Positions 52,357 to 61,377 of a DNA stretch of 64,000 bases are shown in pieces. The notes beneath the pieces are model-generated. The model searched no databases, was not told the origin of the DNA, and saw only the letters and a program-made list of their open reading frames with translations. The translations under genes were made by a program, and so were the position numbers. Every line of letters begins with the position of its first letter. Position 1 is the stretch's first letter. The DNA comes from Candidatus Eiseniibacteriota bacterium (GTDB lineage Bacteria; Eisenbacteria; RBG-16-71-46), in the NCBI GenBank assembly GCA_041483195.1, contig JBGPFC010000011.1, forward strand, positions 1 to 64,000, read 5' to 3'.

Positions 52357-54387
52357 TCAGAAGCTTTCCCGGTCAGACTTCACGAGCAGGAACTTGCCGG
52401 TCTGGCGCTTCCCGGTGCTCTTGTCCTCGACCGCCCACATGTAGAGGCCGGTCGCGGCCGCCTGGCCCTGACGGGTGATCATGTCCCAGCCGAACATGTT
52501 GCCAGAGAGGACCGCTTTGAGATCGCTGCCGGGACGGTAGATGCCACGCGCGTTGCTCCCATCGTATGACCTGCCGTCGAAGTCCGTCGCATAGATGAGA
52601 TCGCCCGACAGCGTGTAGATGTGGATCGTGCACCGCTGGGGGAGGTTGGCGAACCAGAGGTAGTGATCGCGCGCCTGTTGCCCCCGGTCCCACGCGGCCT
52701 CGACGACGTATGGGTTGGGGAAGACCGTGATTCCGCCCCCTGCGATCTCGCCAGCGGCCGGGGCGGGCACCGATACCGTCTCGTTCTGAGAAATGCCGCT
52801 CTCGAGCGACTCGATGTCCGGCGTGCCGATATCGTAGGCCGTCACGGATGAGAAGTACTTGAAGCCGTCGCGCAGGTTCTGGACGGTGTACTTGTAGTGG
52901 TACGTGACGCCATCGATGGTGACCGGCGGGCACAGCCTGAGCGTATCCGGCATGGAACGCGGCGGCGTCACCTGGCCGCAATCGGCCGGCCAGCTGTTGA
53001 ACCCGGTCGAGTCGTGGGGTGGGACGACCTCGTCGATCTGGGCGACGAGGTCGAGCGTGTCCCGGCTCTGGCCAATGTACACGCGGTATCCCTCGAAGTC
53101 CTTCCCGATCGGGCTCGTCGGATCGACGAAGTCCTCCGGAGTATTGTCCCAGTAGTAGTCGAGCGCGTTCTTCCTCGCGACGACTTTCAGCCGGGGCGAA
53201 GGCGGAGGAACCGGAACGATGTAGTCCAGATCGTAGGCGCGCTGGGCCACGATCGCCCGCCTGGAGAGCTCTTCGTAGGTGAGACCGCCGATGTAGGCGA
53301 AATCCACAGAGGCGCTGTCGCCCGAGAAGATCGTCGGGAATGGCCCCACGGCGAGCAACGACACGGGGTCGCCGGATCCCGGGGCCAGGGCGTCCGGAAG
53401 GGGGCTGAGGCTCTGCCTCTGTCCGGTCGCCATGACCTCGTACTTCAGGGTGTCGGTCGCGCGGGAGGGGTCGCCGGGGGCATAGTTCCACGCCGCCAGC
53501 GTGATCAGCTTGTCGGCCGGATCCCGCACGTTGCCCGGCTTGACTCCGAGCAGCTTCACGGCGGCGATCTCCGGGACGAGGTCGAATCGGCACTGCGCGG
53601 GGTACACCCGGCTCTGGCAGTAGCGCTCGGTCAGCATGCTCAGCGAGTCCACCCAGGTGATGAGCTTCTTCGAGAACCAGCCGGTGGGAGGCAGAGAGCT
53701 CTGAAGGCGCATGTTGCCGCTGGCCAGCTCGTCGTACATGCCGAACCACACGTCTCGCAGGGGCGGTCCATTGTTGTGGATGACGTAGTGGAAGATCGTG
53801 AAGTGCGCATAGTCCGAGAATGACCACTCGAAGTTGTACTGGTTCACGACCACGCCCAGCGGCCGGTGGTGCTTGCGTTGATCCGCCGGCAGATCGCTGT
53901 AGCTCGAGATGAAATCCAGCTCGCTGACCGCGTCGGGATCGAAGAACCTGCTGTTGGGCAGCGTGGATCGCGCGCCGACGGAGGTCCCAGCTGGCGAGAA
54001 CTCTCCGGAGCCAGCGCTGTTGCTGCCCGCCGATCCGTCTTCCGTGGCGGTCGAGACGCCGATGAACGCGCCGCTGTCGTCAGACGCGTAGGCGCCGATC
54101 CAGGGGCCGCCGCGCACCATGTGCATGTGGCTCGAGCCCAGCGGGTATTCGAACGACGGCGCGAACGTCGAGAAGTTGGTCCCGATGAAGCCGTAGTTGG
54201 TGAGCGTGATGCCGATCTTGTTCCCGCTCATGACCCGGGCCGCGGGCTGGGTGGAATCCGATGACTGGTAGCTGCGCAGAATGGTGAATGGACCCGCCAC
54301 CGCCGGGTGGTCCTCGGCGGCCCACGCCGCGGTCGCGAAGCATGCGGCCGCCGCCGCGGACAGGAACAGGAGACGGGATCGGATCAC
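52357..54387 (-). CDS. Secreted protein of a TBDR/PorV cassette with a T9SS-like C-terminal domain
   Basis: Signal peptide; TNYG..EYP.GS; A..AY..PPP.P; DFEGYRVY; VFPNPY..FANLP..IYTLSGDLI..WD....ATGLY..GKFLLVK. Confidence 0.8.
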   Translation of the reverse strand: MIRSRLLFLSAAAAACFATAAWAAEDHPAVAGPFTILRSYQSSDSTQPAARVMSGNKIGITLTNYGFIGTNFSTFAPSFEYPLGSSHMHMVRGGPWIGAYASDDSGAFIGVSTATEDGSAGSNSAGSGEFSPAGTSVGARSTLPNSRFFDPDAVSELDFISSYSDLPADQRKHHRPLGVVVNQYNFEWSFSDYAHFTIFHYVIHNNGPPLRDVWFGMYDELASGNMRLQSSLPPTGWFSKKLITWVDSLSMLTERYCQSRVYPAQCRFDLVPEIAAVKLLGVKPGNVRDPADKLITLAAWNYAPGDPSRATDTLKYEVMATGQRQSLSPLPDALAPGSGDPVSLLAVGPFPTIFSGDSASVDFAYIGGLTYEELSRRAIVAQRAYDLDYIVPVPPPSPRLKVVARKNALDYYWDNTPEDFVDPTSPIGKDFEGYRVYIGQSRDTLDLVAQIDEVVPPHDSTGFNSWPADCGQVTPPRSMPDTLRLCPPVTIDGVTYHYKYTVQNLRDGFKYFSSVTAYDIGTPDIESLESGISQNETVSVPAPAAGEIAGGGITVFPNPYVVEAAWDRGQQARDHYLWFANLPQRCTIHIYTLSGDLIYATDFDGRSYDGSNARGIYRPGSDLKAVLSGNMFGWDMITRQGQAAATGLYMWAVEDKSTGKRQTGKFLLVKSDRESF

Positions 54388-55566
54388 TTAGCGCCTCTGA
54401 TAGCGAATCACCTGCGCGCGGCCGATGTCGGCGACGTAGGCGAGCGAATTGTCGACGGCGAGAGCGATCGGATCGAGCAGGGGCAGGTTGTCCGCGTTCC
54501 GCTCCACGTTGACCTGTTGAATGTAGGTGCCGTAGGTGTCGTATCGGAGCACGCGCTGATTCCCGCGATCGACCACGTAGAGGTATCCGGCTTCGTCGAC
54601 GGCGACCCCCTCGGGTCCGCTGAAGCTCGTCCCGGTCGGCGTCTCGCTGCCATCGACCTTGGTGAACCCGACCTCGAGATCGTTCGTCCCGATCAGCTTG
54701 GCCTTGTCGTTGTCGTGATCCGCGACGAATACCGCTCCCCCCAGCACCGGCGTCCACATGATGTGGTGCGGGTCTTCGACGGATGACGTGCCCCTGCCGT
54801 CCAGCACCACCCAGGTGGTATCCCGGTGCCAGTTGGCGCCCGGCATGTTGCGATCGTTCGGGACGATGCCCGCGTAACGCGGGCCGCGGGTGTATCGATA
54901 GATGCGCGAGATGAACTTGCGCGTGCGGATCCGCTGGTCGGTCGAGAGCGTATCGAGCACGACGGCGATCCCGGCGACGTAGACGTTGCCGGCGGCGTCC
55001 GCGGCGATCCCGTTCACCACGGAGAAGGTGGTGTCGGTGAAGGTCGACACCGTGTCGCCCCCCGTGATCGAGTACTCACGCACCCGCCAGGTCGCGGAGT
55101 AGTCCCAGATGATCGAGGGCCTGCCGTTTCGCGCGTTGTCCGGTTCGCACGTGTTGCGCAGGGGGTCGAGCTTCGCCATGCACGAATCGCCCTCGTCGAG
55201 CACGAAGAGCCTGGTCTGCGCGGAGGCGATCGCGACCGGATTGAAGAGGGACCGGAGGGGATCGAAGATCGGTGACCCGATCGGAACGTTCACGGTGAAC
55301 GGATAGAGCCGCACCTCCCCACGCGGGATCGACGGACCGAGCGAGCCACCGTGGTTGAAGAGCATGAAGAGCTGCGCCCCCTGGCCCTGCGTGATCAGGA
55401 GGTCGCGAATCCCATCCATGTCCTTCCACGTCGAGAGGTGCTCGTAACTCTTCGCGGTCGGCACCACCGCCGCGAACTTGCGCTCGGTCGGCAGCTTGAA
55501 CCGACCCCCGCACCCGGCGAGCAGGCCGGTGAGGATCGCGATCAGGAACAGCAGCGCCCGGCGCAT
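54388..55566 (-). CDS. NHL-repeat lipoprotein
   Basis: Lipobox LAGC; GIAADAAGNVYV, FSGPEGVAVDEAGYLYVVDRGNQRV; start overlaps the upstream stop. Confidence 0.82.
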   Translation of the reverse strand: MRRALLFLIAILTGLLAGCGGRFKLPTERKFAAVVPTAKSYEHLSTWKDMDGIRDLLITQGQGAQLFMLFNHGGSLGPSIPRGEVRLYPFTVNVPIGSPIFDPLRSLFNPVAIASAQTRLFVLDEGDSCMAKLDPLRNTCEPDNARNGRPSIIWDYSATWRVREYSITGGDTVSTFTDTTFSVVNGIAADAAGNVYVAGIAVVLDTLSTDQRIRTRKFISRIYRYTRGPRYAGIVPNDRNMPGANWHRDTTWVVLDGRGTSSVEDPHHIMWTPVLGGAVFVADHDNDKAKLIGTNDLEVGFTKVDGSETPTGTSFSGPEGVAVDEAGYLYVVDRGNQRVLRYDTYGTYIQQVNVERNADNLPLLDPIALAVDNSLAYVADIGRAQVIRYQRR

Positions 55567-56591
55567 CAGAACCTCACCCCCAGCGAGAGGCGATGGATGC
55601 CCCCGAGGAAACCGCCATCCGTGTAGGCGTAGTCGAGCGCGCCGCGCAGGGAGGCGAAGTCCCCCGCGAACCCGGCGCCGGCGCTGAACTTCAGCTCGTC
55701 GGCGTTGACGTTGTAGCCCGCCCTCAGGGCGAAGGAGCGCAGATAGGACCACTCCATGCCCGCCTTGAGCTGCAGCTCGTTGTCCGCGGGCTGGTTCATC
55801 TCGATCGTCGTGGTGACGCGATTTGTCGAGTTCTCCACCGGCTCGAACGCGATGCCGTATCGGAAGTCCAGCGGCGGGTCGAACCCGTCGTACTGGCGCA
55901 CCTCGCCCGAGAGCGGGGAAATGAATTGTCCGGACGGACGAAGTTCAGAGCCGAAGTTCGTGAGCGACGTCGCGATGCGAATGCTCCCGAGCCCCAGGTA
56001 GAAGATCGAGCCCATGTCGAAGAGCACCGCGCTGGTGCTCGGACCCCCGATCTGCGTTCCGAGGTCCTCGCGCAGGAACTTCACCCCCGCGCCCACCAGC
56101 AGCCTGTCGGTCCAGCGGCGGGCGAAGGCCACGCCCGCGACGAAGTCGGAGTACGTGAACTCGCGTCCCGTGCCGAACGGCTCGAGGGAGGTGGTCTCCT
56201 GGATCTTCGTGCTGAGAACGCCGAGCTGGAGTCCGATGGCTCCTCCCAGCTTGCGGGAGGGAAACACCAGCACCAGATGGTCGTAGTGGATGTCCGCCGG
56301 CCAGTCGACGTGCGACTCCAGGCCCTCGTTGCGCTGCATCGAAGCGAGTCCGGCCGGGTTCCAGTAGATCGCGCTCGGATCGTTCGCCACCGCGACGAAC
56401 GTCTCCCCCATGGCCTCGGCACGGGCGCCCACACCGATGCGCAGGAACGTTCCGGACGATGTGCCCGCGCGCTGTCCGCCGAGCGTGACCTGGGCGGAGG
56501 CTGGCGAGACCGCGCCGGCGACCCACACCGCCCAGGCCGCGGCCGCCGCGAGCGCGAACCGGCCGCCGGCCCCGGGGCGTGAATGCGCCAC
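55566..56591 (-). CDS. PorV/PorQ (FadL-like barrel) family protein; start uncertain
   Basis: FLRIGVGARAEAMG..VAVANDPSAIYWNPAGL, LRAGY, DYAY..LG.IHRLSLGVRF. Confidence 0.85.
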   Translation of the reverse strand: MAHSRPGAGGRFALAAAAAWAVWVAGAVSPASAQVTLGGQRAGTSSGTFLRIGVGARAEAMGETFVAVANDPSAIYWNPAGLASMQRNEGLESHVDWPADIHYDHLVLVFPSRKLGGAIGLQLGVLSTKIQETTSLEPFGTGREFTYSDFVAGVAFARRWTDRLLVGAGVKFLREDLGTQIGGPSTSAVLFDMGSIFYLGLGSIRIATSLTNFGSELRPSGQFISPLSGEVRQYDGFDPPLDFRYGIAFEPVENSTNRVTTTIEMNQPADNELQLKAGMEWSYLRSFALRAGYNVNADELKFSAGAGFAGDFASLRGALDYAYTDGGFLGGIHRLSLGVRF

Positions 56592-56652
56592 GCCCAGCGC
56601 CGGATGCGTGGCTCCGCCATGACGCGCGCGATCGCGCCCGGTCCGGCGTCGG

Positions 56653-59451
56653 CTAGAAGTCCACATCAAACTGCAGCCTCCATTGCGCGCCGGGGCCATA
56701 ATTCGACGGGTCGTCAGCGGTGCCGGTCTTCACGTAGTTGCTGAGCCCATGGACGTAGGCGGGATCGAACTGGCCCTGCCCCCAGAGATAGCCTCTGCCC
56801 GTGACCGGGTCCACGCGGTTGATCAGGTAGTCGTTGAAGATGTTCGTGCCCTGGAGGCTCACGTCGATGCGGCGGCCCCCGACCTCGACCCAGCGGTCGA
56901 CCTTGAGATCCGTGGTGATCTGGAAGGGCGCGTTCTTCGAGGAGGGCAGACCGATCGGGTTCTGATCCGCGAGGTCGTATGGCGTGTACGCGCGCCCCGA
57001 CTGTCCCTGCATGAAGACATTGAGACCGGTCTGTCGAAACCACCCGAGGCCGGCCGGCGGGCTCTTGTCGAATCGCAGGTCCAGGTTGCCGGTGAGCTTG
57101 TGCGGCCGGTTCCAGGTCACGAACACTTCGGACAGGCGAGTCTCGCTCGCACCCCCGATCTCCTGCAGCGCCTTCGCCTCGTTCGGGTTGCTGCTCTTGC
57201 CCTTCGTCTGCTGGTACGAGTACGACAGCCGGGCCGACCAGTTGTTCGAGCGGCGCTTCTCGACTTCCAGCTCGAAGCCCTTCGAGCGCGAGAAGTGCCC
57301 ATTCAGGTAGATGAAGTACGACTGGAGGTTTCCCGCGAGCGGGTCCACGCGCGTGGCACTCGGGTAGTCGTACACGTCGCGCACGAAGAACGTGACGTTG
57401 GCGGCCGCCGTCGGGAGGAACTGGTGCTTCGCGCCGACCTCGTAGTTCACCGAGATCTGGGGGTTGATGTTCGGATTTCCCTGAAGCGGGAAGGACTCGC
57501 TCGAGATCGAGTTCAGCTTCGAGTACACGTAACGATACGACGGGATCTGCGTGAACTCGCCGTAGTTGAAGAAGAAGCTGCTCTTCTCGGTAATCGGGTG
57601 CGACACGATCAGGCGCGGCGAGAGGTGCACCTTCATCCGCCGTCCGTACAACGAGCGCGTCGCATCGTAGAAGCCGTTGCGCTGGGTGGCCGCGATGTTG
57701 TGGCGCGAGGTGTCCGCCAGCGCGCGCTCGGCCTCCCGGCCGATCACCCAGTAGTCCCCGCGGAGGCCGGCATTCGCGACGAAGCCCTCGTATTCCAGGC
57801 GGTCGCGGAAGTACACGTCACCCACCCACGGGTGCACCGCCCACAGGTCGTGCGACTGCCCCAGCCCGTTCTTGTCGTCGAACCACGGAGACTCGATGTC
57901 GACGTATTGCACGGTCTGAAACTGGTGCTCGAGCCCGGCCTCCACTTCGTTGTGGTGCACGCGCTGCGTGATGTTCCATTCGAGGTTCCAGCTGGTGGTG
58001 CGCCGGTCGGACCACTGGTAGTTGTCACCCTTGTCGAGGAAGAAGTCGTCGCGGCGGGGATCCCCGACCGGGAAGGAACGGTCGGCGACCAGGCCGGACT
58101 CGACGTATTGGGTCCACGGCTTGCCGCCCACGTCCTGACGCTGCGCGAAGAAGTAGCGCGAGACCTGCGCCTCGGTGTAGCCCGTCGTCGAGAGCGTCCG
58201 CCGCCACTGCAGGGACGATTGAACGTTGTCCTCGAAGAAGGTCGCGGCGTGGTCGATGCGGTGCGCCCACTGCCACGGGTATGCCGGATCCCCGAGGTCG
58301 CCCTGCGCGGTGAGGAACGTGCGGCTGAAACCCTGGTCGATGGCGATGCGCTTCGAGAACGTGTAGGTGAACTTGTCCTCGCCGCTCGGCTTCCAGGTCA
58401 ATCCGTACCGGCCGGCCCAGCGGTTGTCCTCCGCCGGCGACCACCGGTCGGAGTAGCGGAACGGGATGCCGAAGAACGTGTCCTCGTAGCTCGAGTGCAG
58501 GCGCGGGTGAAGACCCTGCGGCAGGAGCGTGGAGTGGCTGAAGCCCGGGTCGCGGCCCTGGAGGTAGCTGTATCGGGTCTCGTAGAACGAACTCGAGAAG
58601 TCCACGATGGTCGTGACCGAGCCGGGGACTTTGAGACCGGCGCGCCGCAGCAGGGGAGCCCAGACCGGATCGGGACCGCCCGACACCAGCTGCCACATGC
58701 GGCCGCCGTAGCTGCCCCCCGACGTCGTGATTCCGGTCTCGAATTTGTCCGTGCCCTCCTTGAGCTTGATCTCGACCACGCCCGAGAGGGCGTTGCCGTA
58801 GCGGACGTCGTAAGCGCCGGTCGCGACGTTCACCTCGGACACCGAGCGCGCGTTGAGCTGGCCGGCGGTGGACTGTCCGGTGACGAGGTCGCGGTTCGCC
58901 ACTCCGTTCACGAGGAAGAGCGTCTCGTCGGTGCGGCCGCCGCGCACGTGGATCTGCTCGGCGTCGGTGCTGATGCCGGCCTGCTGCTGGAGCACGTCGC
59001 CGATGGTCGTCACCGCGAGATTGCGGATGTCGCCGGCGTTCACGCTGCGGATGGTCGCGCCCTGCCGCACCTCGACGAGCCGGCGCTCGGCGGTGACCTC
59101 GACCTGCTTCTCCTCGTGCACGACGATGTCCTGCAGCTCGAAGTTGAGCGTGGTGGGCTTGCCCGCGACGACCACGACGCCGGGCCGCGCCTCCGGCCGG
59201 TAGCCGAGGAACTGCACCTTGACCTCGTAGGTGCCGGGCGGCAGGCCGGGGACCTGGAACTGCCCCTCGGAATCCGTCAGGCCGCCGCGTTTCGCCTCGG
59301 TGATCGAGACCGTCGCGAAGGGAATGGCGTGTCCGGTCCGCTTGTCCGTGACGTGTCCCGAGATGCTGCCCCGGTCCTGGGCAGCAGCGGGAAGCGCCAG
59401 CAGGAAAAGCGACAAGGCGAGCAGCGTGGCGGGCGGGAGGTGTCGTGGCAT
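56653..59451 (-). CDS. TonB-dependent receptor with N-terminal carboxypeptidase-regulatory-like domain
   Basis: GSISGHVTD..G..IPFATV..D.EG.F..LPPGTYEV..FLGY; HVRGGR..E..VNGV; YGNALSGVV; SPRL; C-terminal FDVDF. Confidence 0.9.
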   Translation of the reverse strand: MPRHLPPATLLALSLFLLALPAAAQDRGSISGHVTDKRTGHAIPFATVSITEAKRGGLTDSEGQFQVPGLPPGTYEVKVQFLGYRPEARPGVVVVAGKPTTLNFELQDIVVHEEKQVEVTAERRLVEVRQGATIRSVNAGDIRNLAVTTIGDVLQQQAGISTDAEQIHVRGGRTDETLFLVNGVANRDLVTGQSTAGQLNARSVSEVNVATGAYDVRYGNALSGVVEIKLKEGTDKFETGITTSGGSYGGRMWQLVSGGPDPVWAPLLRRAGLKVPGSVTTIVDFSSSFYETRYSYLQGRDPGFSHSTLLPQGLHPRLHSSYEDTFFGIPFRYSDRWSPAEDNRWAGRYGLTWKPSGEDKFTYTFSKRIAIDQGFSRTFLTAQGDLGDPAYPWQWAHRIDHAATFFEDNVQSSLQWRRTLSTTGYTEAQVSRYFFAQRQDVGGKPWTQYVESGLVADRSFPVGDPRRDDFFLDKGDNYQWSDRRTTSWNLEWNITQRVHHNEVEAGLEHQFQTVQYVDIESPWFDDKNGLGQSHDLWAVHPWVGDVYFRDRLEYEGFVANAGLRGDYWVIGREAERALADTSRHNIAATQRNGFYDATRSLYGRRMKVHLSPRLIVSHPITEKSSFFFNYGEFTQIPSYRYVYSKLNSISSESFPLQGNPNINPQISVNYEVGAKHQFLPTAAANVTFFVRDVYDYPSATRVDPLAGNLQSYFIYLNGHFSRSKGFELEVEKRRSNNWSARLSYSYQQTKGKSSNPNEAKALQEIGGASETRLSEVFVTWNRPHKLTGNLDLRFDKSPPAGLGWFRQTGLNVFMQGQSGRAYTPYDLADQNPIGLPSSKNAPFQITTDLKVDRWVEVGGRRIDVSLQGTNIFNDYLINRVDPVTGRGYLWGQGQFDPAYVHGLSNYVKTGTADDPSNYGPGAQWRLQFDVDF

Positions 59452-59575
59452 GGGAATGGGCAGCGCTTTGGGCTGGAACCAAGAACCCTAAGGGAGCCGC
59501 CGCGGCAGGGTCAAGGCTTTCCTCACCTGCCCGGGCGCCCGGGGAGGGCCGGGAGCGCCGCGGGGGGCCATGGGG

Positions 59576-60652
59576 CTAGAGACCGGTCGAGCTTCGATCG
59601 TACTCGTGCGGGAACTCCTCCATGAAGATCCGGTCGATCTCGAGCGTCACCGCCCGCAGCACGCGCGCCTTCTGCGCGTACGGCAGGAACGAGCTCTTGA
59701 AACCGTTCATGATGATGCGCTTCACCTCGTAGGGGCTGAGGCGGAAGGTGCGGGCCGCGATCGAGATTTCGTCCGTCATCGTGGTCGCCGAGATCAGCCG
59801 GCTGTCGGTGTTGAGCGTCACCCGCAGGCCCTTCTGGAAATAGTAGTGAAACGGATGGTCTCGCATGCTGCGCACGGCGCGGGTCTGCACGTTCGAACTC
59901 AGGCAGACTTCGAGCGGGATGCGGTGATCGTTGACGTAGGCCAGGAGGTCCGGGTCTTCGCGCAGCCGCGTGCCGTGACCGATGCGGTGCGCGCCGCAGT
60001 AGTGGAGCGCCTGGCCGATGCTGACCGGGCCGAACGCCTCGCCGGCATGCACCGTCGAATTGATGTTGTTCTTGAGGATCAGCTGGAACGCGGCGCGGTG
60101 GGCCTTCGCCGGATAGTCCTTCTCCTGTCCCGCCAGGTCGAACGCCAGCACGCCGCGGCCCTTGTACTCCACCGCGAGCTCGGCGAGCACCACCGAGAAC
60201 TTGGGATTGAGCGAACGGATGCCGCAGATGATGACCCCGGTCGACATGCCGTACTTTCGTCCGGCCTCGGCGAGACCGGCGATCACCGGATCGACGATGT
60301 CCTCGAAGGCGAGACGCCTGCGCCGGTGCAGGATCGGCGAGTAACGCACCTCGAGATGCCGCACGTTCTCGGCGGCCGCGTCTTCGGCCAGCTCGTAGGC
60401 GACGCGATGCAGCGCCTCCTTCTGCTGCATCACGCTCAGCGTGAGATCGAAGATCTTGAGGTAGTCGGCGAGATTGCGCGTGCGGCGGCCGGCCTGCAGC
60501 AGCCGGGTGAGCTCCGGGATGCGGCGCGTCGGCAGCTTCACGCCCTGCTGATCCGCGAGCTCCAGCATGGTGCGCGGGCGCAGGCACCCGTCGAGATGGC
60601 AGTGAATGTCGGTCTTCGGCAGCCGCTGGATGACGCGCGCGGTCAGTCTCAT
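59576..60652 (-). CDS. add: Adenosine deaminase
   Basis: PKTDIHCHLDG, FDLAG.E, TVHAGE, RIGHG, EVCLSSN, LNTD. Confidence 0.93.
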   Translation of the reverse strand: MRLTARVIQRLPKTDIHCHLDGCLRPRTMLELADQQGVKLPTRRIPELTRLLQAGRRTRNLADYLKIFDLTLSVMQQKEALHRVAYELAEDAAAENVRHLEVRYSPILHRRRRLAFEDIVDPVIAGLAEAGRKYGMSTGVIICGIRSLNPKFSVVLAELAVEYKGRGVLAFDLAGQEKDYPAKAHRAAFQLILKNNINSTVHAGEAFGPVSIGQALHYCGAHRIGHGTRLREDPDLLAYVNDHRIPLEVCLSSNVQTRAVRSMRDHPFHYYFQKGLRVTLNTDSRLISATTMTDEISIAARTFRLSPYEVKRIIMNGFKSSFLPYAQKARVLRAVTLEIDRIFMEEFPHEYDRSSTGL

Positions 60653-61218
60653 CGGCCACGCTCGAGCGCCATGATCTTCTGGACGCGGCGTTCGTGCCGT
60701 CCGCCTCCGAAGGGCGTCTCGAGAAACAGCCGCGCGAGCCGCGTGGCGAGACCGCGATTCACGACCCGGGAGCCGAGCGCCATCACGTTCGCGTCGTTGT
60801 GCTCGCGCGCGTTCACGGTGGTGACGTCGTCGTGGCACAGGGCGCAGCGCACGCCGGGAATCTTGTTGGCGGCCATGCTGGATCCGATCCCGGCGGCGTC
60901 CACGACGATCCCTCGCGCGCAGCGTCCGTTCGCGACCTCGCGCGCGACCGCCGCCGCGAAGTCGGGATAGTCCACGGCATCGGTCGAGTGCGTGCCGCAG
61001 TCGTGCACAGTCCAGCCCAGATCCTCGGCGATCGCGCGCTTCAGGGTCTCCTTGAGGGCGAAGCCGCCGTGATCGGAGCCGATCGCGACGCGCCGCGAAG
61101 CGGCAGGAGCCGCGCCGGGCGCACGCGGCGCCGCGGCGGGCGCGGACTCGGGACCGAGCGCGCGTTCGACCGCCTCCCGGACCACCCGCCGCACTTCGGA
61201 CTCGTCCACGTCGCGCAT
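60649..61218 (-). CDS. rpiB: Ribose-5-phosphate isomerase B with an N-terminal extension
   Basis: IGSDHGG..LK, VDYPD, GIGSSMAANKIPGVR, AREHNDAN, F.GGRH.RRV. Confidence 0.93.
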   Translation of the reverse strand: MRDVDESEVRRVVREAVERALGPESAPAAAPRAPGAAPAASRRVAIGSDHGGFALKETLKRAIAEDLGWTVHDCGTHSTDAVDYPDFAAAVAREVANGRCARGIVVDAAGIGSSMAANKIPGVRCALCHDDVTTVNAREHNDANVMALGSRVVNRGLATRLARLFLETPFGGGRHERRVQKIMALERGR

Positions 61219-61377
61219 AAGTGGACGGAGTCTAGGAACGTGGCCCGGGCCGGTCAAGCGCGCGGGAGCCTCGCGACCGCGTGCGGGCAGGTGCGCGCGG
61301 AGTGCGGGAAGCCGTACAATCATCCGCCACTGTCGCAAGCCCGCGCTCCCTCGCCCGGTCTTCCTGGAGGAATCTTC

